Virus record (IMG/VR): IMGVR_UViG_3300045988_140777
Span: 1-20,325 of that record
Length of the DNA stretch: 20,325 bases
Strand: one strand, 5' to 3'
DNA from: a virus
Positions 18,720 through 20,325 of this stretch are shown here, in pieces. Each line of letters starts with the position of its first letter. The first letter of the stretch is position 1. Under the pieces are notes generated by a model. That model saw only the letters and a program-made list of their open reading frames with translations. It was not told the origin of the DNA and ran no database searches. Position numbers and translations under genes: made by a program.

Positions 18720-19175
18720 TTATAATTGATTTGTCCTATATTTTTCACAGAACTGAAATGGACTTAATACTTTTATATTATACTTTTCTTCTAAAAAACC
18801 TGACAATGAATTTAAGTGGGCATCATATGTAATAATATATTGAACATTACCATCTATTGCGCAGTCAATAAATTTATTATCATCAGGGTCTTCGCAGAAG
18901 TTTGTTTTTGAATTGTGGTCTATTTCAAAAACTTGCCAAAGAGATAATGATAATAACATTCCTAAAGCAGGAACATTTTTTACTTGTTTTTTTTCAACAA
19001 TTTGTGCAAGTAATTTGAAAAAAGTAACTAATAATTCGTTTTGCATTTCTTTATTCATTACAAAACGAATTTTATTGTTAGATTTAAGGTTAAATAATGC
19101 TTTCGCATTATTATCTTTATGGAATATTGCTTTAACGAAAACATTTGTGTCTACAACTACTTTTATATTATCCAC
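18720..19175 (-). CDS. Putative PIN-family toxin/ribonuclease
   Basis: VVVDTNVFVKAIFHKDNNAKAL...FCEDPDDNKFIDCAIDGNVQYIITYDAHL. Confidence 0.88.
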   Translation of the reverse strand: MDNIKVVVDTNVFVKAIFHKDNNAKALFNLKSNNKIRFVMNKEMQNELLVTFFKLLAQIVEKKQVKNVPALGMLLSLSLWQVFEIDHNSKTNFCEDPDDNKFIDCAIDGNVQYIITYDAHLNSLSGFLEEKYNIKVLSPFQFCEKYRTNQL

Positions 19176-19329
19176 GTAATTCTTTTCTTACATGTTTAAT
19201 AAGCTTATCGGAATCTTCTTCAGTCCAATTAGCTTTTTCAGCAATAGAAGCACAAGTATCACAAAGCACTTCCCATTCATTTAATTGAGTTTTAGTTTTA
19301 GCAATTTTTTCTAAATTTAATGTTTTCAT
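19168..19329 (-). CDS. Putative cognate antitoxin of the PIN toxin
   Basis: MKTLNLEKIAKTKTQLNEWEVLCDTCASIAEKANWTEEDSDKLIKHVRKELRG; overlaps toxin start; AGGAGG on minus strand upstream of ATG at 19329. Confidence 0.65.
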   Translation of the reverse strand: MKTLNLEKIAKTKTQLNEWEVLCDTCASIAEKANWTEEDSDKLIKHVRKELRG

Positions 19330-19434
19330 TTCTTTATTCCTCCTAAATAATCGTTTAAAAAATACAACTAAATGCTTCATAAACATCACCTATATTATAT
19401 ATATTCCCTAAAAAATAAATATAATACTAATAAT

Positions 19435-19463
19435 ATTATAACACTTAATTGACATAATATCAA
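19435..19463 (-). promoter_or_regulatory. Putative promoter of the toxin-antitoxin operon
   Basis: Minus strand TTGATA - 17 nt - TATAAT. Confidence 0.65.
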
Positions 19464-19577
19464 GATTATTCTCTTTTGAATATAGCACAAGACGTGAAAA
19501 AAATCAATGTTTTTTGATAAATTTCTAAAATCTGTGGATAACTTTTGCAGATTATGACATAGAAGTTAGAAGGGGAG

Positions 19578-19608
19578 AGCTAGCTACAGAGATGTAGCTA
19601 GCTTTTTT
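19578..19608 (+). terminator. Strong rho-independent terminator with no obvious upstream gene
   Basis: Perfect 11-bp stem AGCTAGCTACA-GAGA-TGTAGCTAGCT followed by a T run. Confidence 0.75.
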
Positions 19609-19651
19609 ATTTTATAGGGTTTTTTAAAAGAAAACTAAAAAATTCAATAAA

Positions 19652-19665
19652 TTCTCCATAGAGAA
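19652..19665. promoter_or_regulatory. Putative Xre operator, copy 1
   Basis: Inverted repeat TTCTC-CATA-GAGAA. Confidence 0.45.
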
Positions 19666-19698
19666 CAAGAAATCGGACATACTATTAATGGTGATAGT

Positions 19699-19899
19699 AT
19701 GCATATAGAATATAAAATAAGAGAAGTAAGAAGAAGCAAAAACATAACCTTACAAAAATTATCTGAGATGACTAAAATATCTAAATCCCATTTATGTAAT
19801 ATAGAAAGAGGAGAAAAAGAGCCAACACTTTCCATATTAATAAGAATAGCATTAGCATTAAAAGTTGATGAGAAAGAATTATACAAAATATATCCATAA
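19699..19899 (+). CDS. Xre-family helix-turn-helix regulator
   Basis: IREVRRSKNITLQKLSEMTKISKSHLCNIERGEKEPTLSILIRIALALKVDEKELY. Confidence 0.9.
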   Translation: MHIEYKIREVRRSKNITLQKLSEMTKISKSHLCNIERGEKEPTLSILIRIALALKVDEKELYKIYP

Positions 19900-19956
19900 T
19901 ATATATGAAAATGATTTTATATATTTTAATATAAGATTTTAAATGTTTCATATAAG

Positions 19957-19972
19957 GTTCTCCAAAGAGAAC
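19957..19972. promoter_or_regulatory. Putative Xre operator, copy 2
   Basis: Perfect inverted repeat GTTCTC-CAAA-GAGAAC. Confidence 0.5.
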
Positions 19973-19985
19973 AAGATACAGTATA

Positions 19986-19999
19986 TTCTCCATATAGAA
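19986..19999. promoter_or_regulatory. Putative Xre operator, degenerate copy 3
   Basis: TTCTCCATATAGAA. Confidence 0.3.
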
Positions 20000-20024
20000 G
20001 CTTCTAAAAAAAAGGAGATAAAAT

Positions 20025-20162
20025 ATGGAAAAAGATGTAGTAAAAGAGATATGTAAAAATCTAAAATGGTATGAAAAGATTGTTGTAGTTATATTCAATA
20101 AGATATTCGTAAAAGTATATCACAGGCAAAGAATCAAATATGTTAATTGGTTATTGCATTAG
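20025..20162 (+). CDS. 45-aa hypothetical protein (MEKDVVKEICKNLKWYEKIVVVIFNKIFVKVYHRQRIKYVNWLLH)
   Basis: AAAGGAG spaced before ATG 20025; amphipathic small protein; too short for the supplied ORF track. Confidence 0.55.
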   Translation: MEKDVVKEICKNLKWYEKIVVVIFNKIFVKVYHRQRIKYVNWLLH

Positions 20163-20185
20163 TATTGCATTAGTTTAATATAATA

Positions 20186-20227
20186 AAAGTCGCATAATTA
20201 TTGAAAAATAAACAATTATGCGACTTT
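20186..20227. terminator. Bidirectional terminator between the 45-aa ORF and the convergent tRNA gene
   Basis: Perfect 14-bp stem AAAGTCGCATAATT/AATTATGCGACTTT. Confidence 0.65.
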
Positions 20228-20232
20228 ATAAA

Positions 20233-20307
<75 letters not shown>

Positions 20308-20325
20308 AACTAATATAATTTTATC

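Overview
The window is the late (structural) half of a low-GC Firmicutes siphoprophage of HK97 type. In order it carries a partial glycosyltransferase, HNH, TerS, TerL, portal, protease, HK97 capsid, head-tail connectors, major tail protein, frameshifted G/T chaperones, tape measure, a moron-like membrane protein, Dit, fibre, Tal and holin-like/endolysin genes. A PIN toxin module, an Xre regulator, a 45-aa ORF and a tRNA-Gly(TCC) at the far right follow. The most striking signal concerns genes that look broken in the six-frame track. HNH, tape measure, Dit (twice), fibre and Tal are interrupted six times. Every break is at an in-frame CGG codon. In every case skipping the C and reading the next three bases (GGN = Gly) restores the full conserved protein. 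I found no in-frame CGG in any intact gene here, although more than 30 out-of-frame CGG trinucleotides occur in those genes. The tRNA-Gly at 20234-20307 (minus strand) has anticodon loop CTTCCGA, with G37 next to UCC. That gives a potential four-base anticodon 5'-UCCG-3' complementary to CGGA and able to wobble to CGGN, and its anticodon stem has a T:C mismatch. I propose that CGG is not read as Arg here, and that CGGN is read as a quadruplet, or by obligatory +1 frameshift, as Gly. All homology calls are from sequence motifs and gene order. No searches were run.
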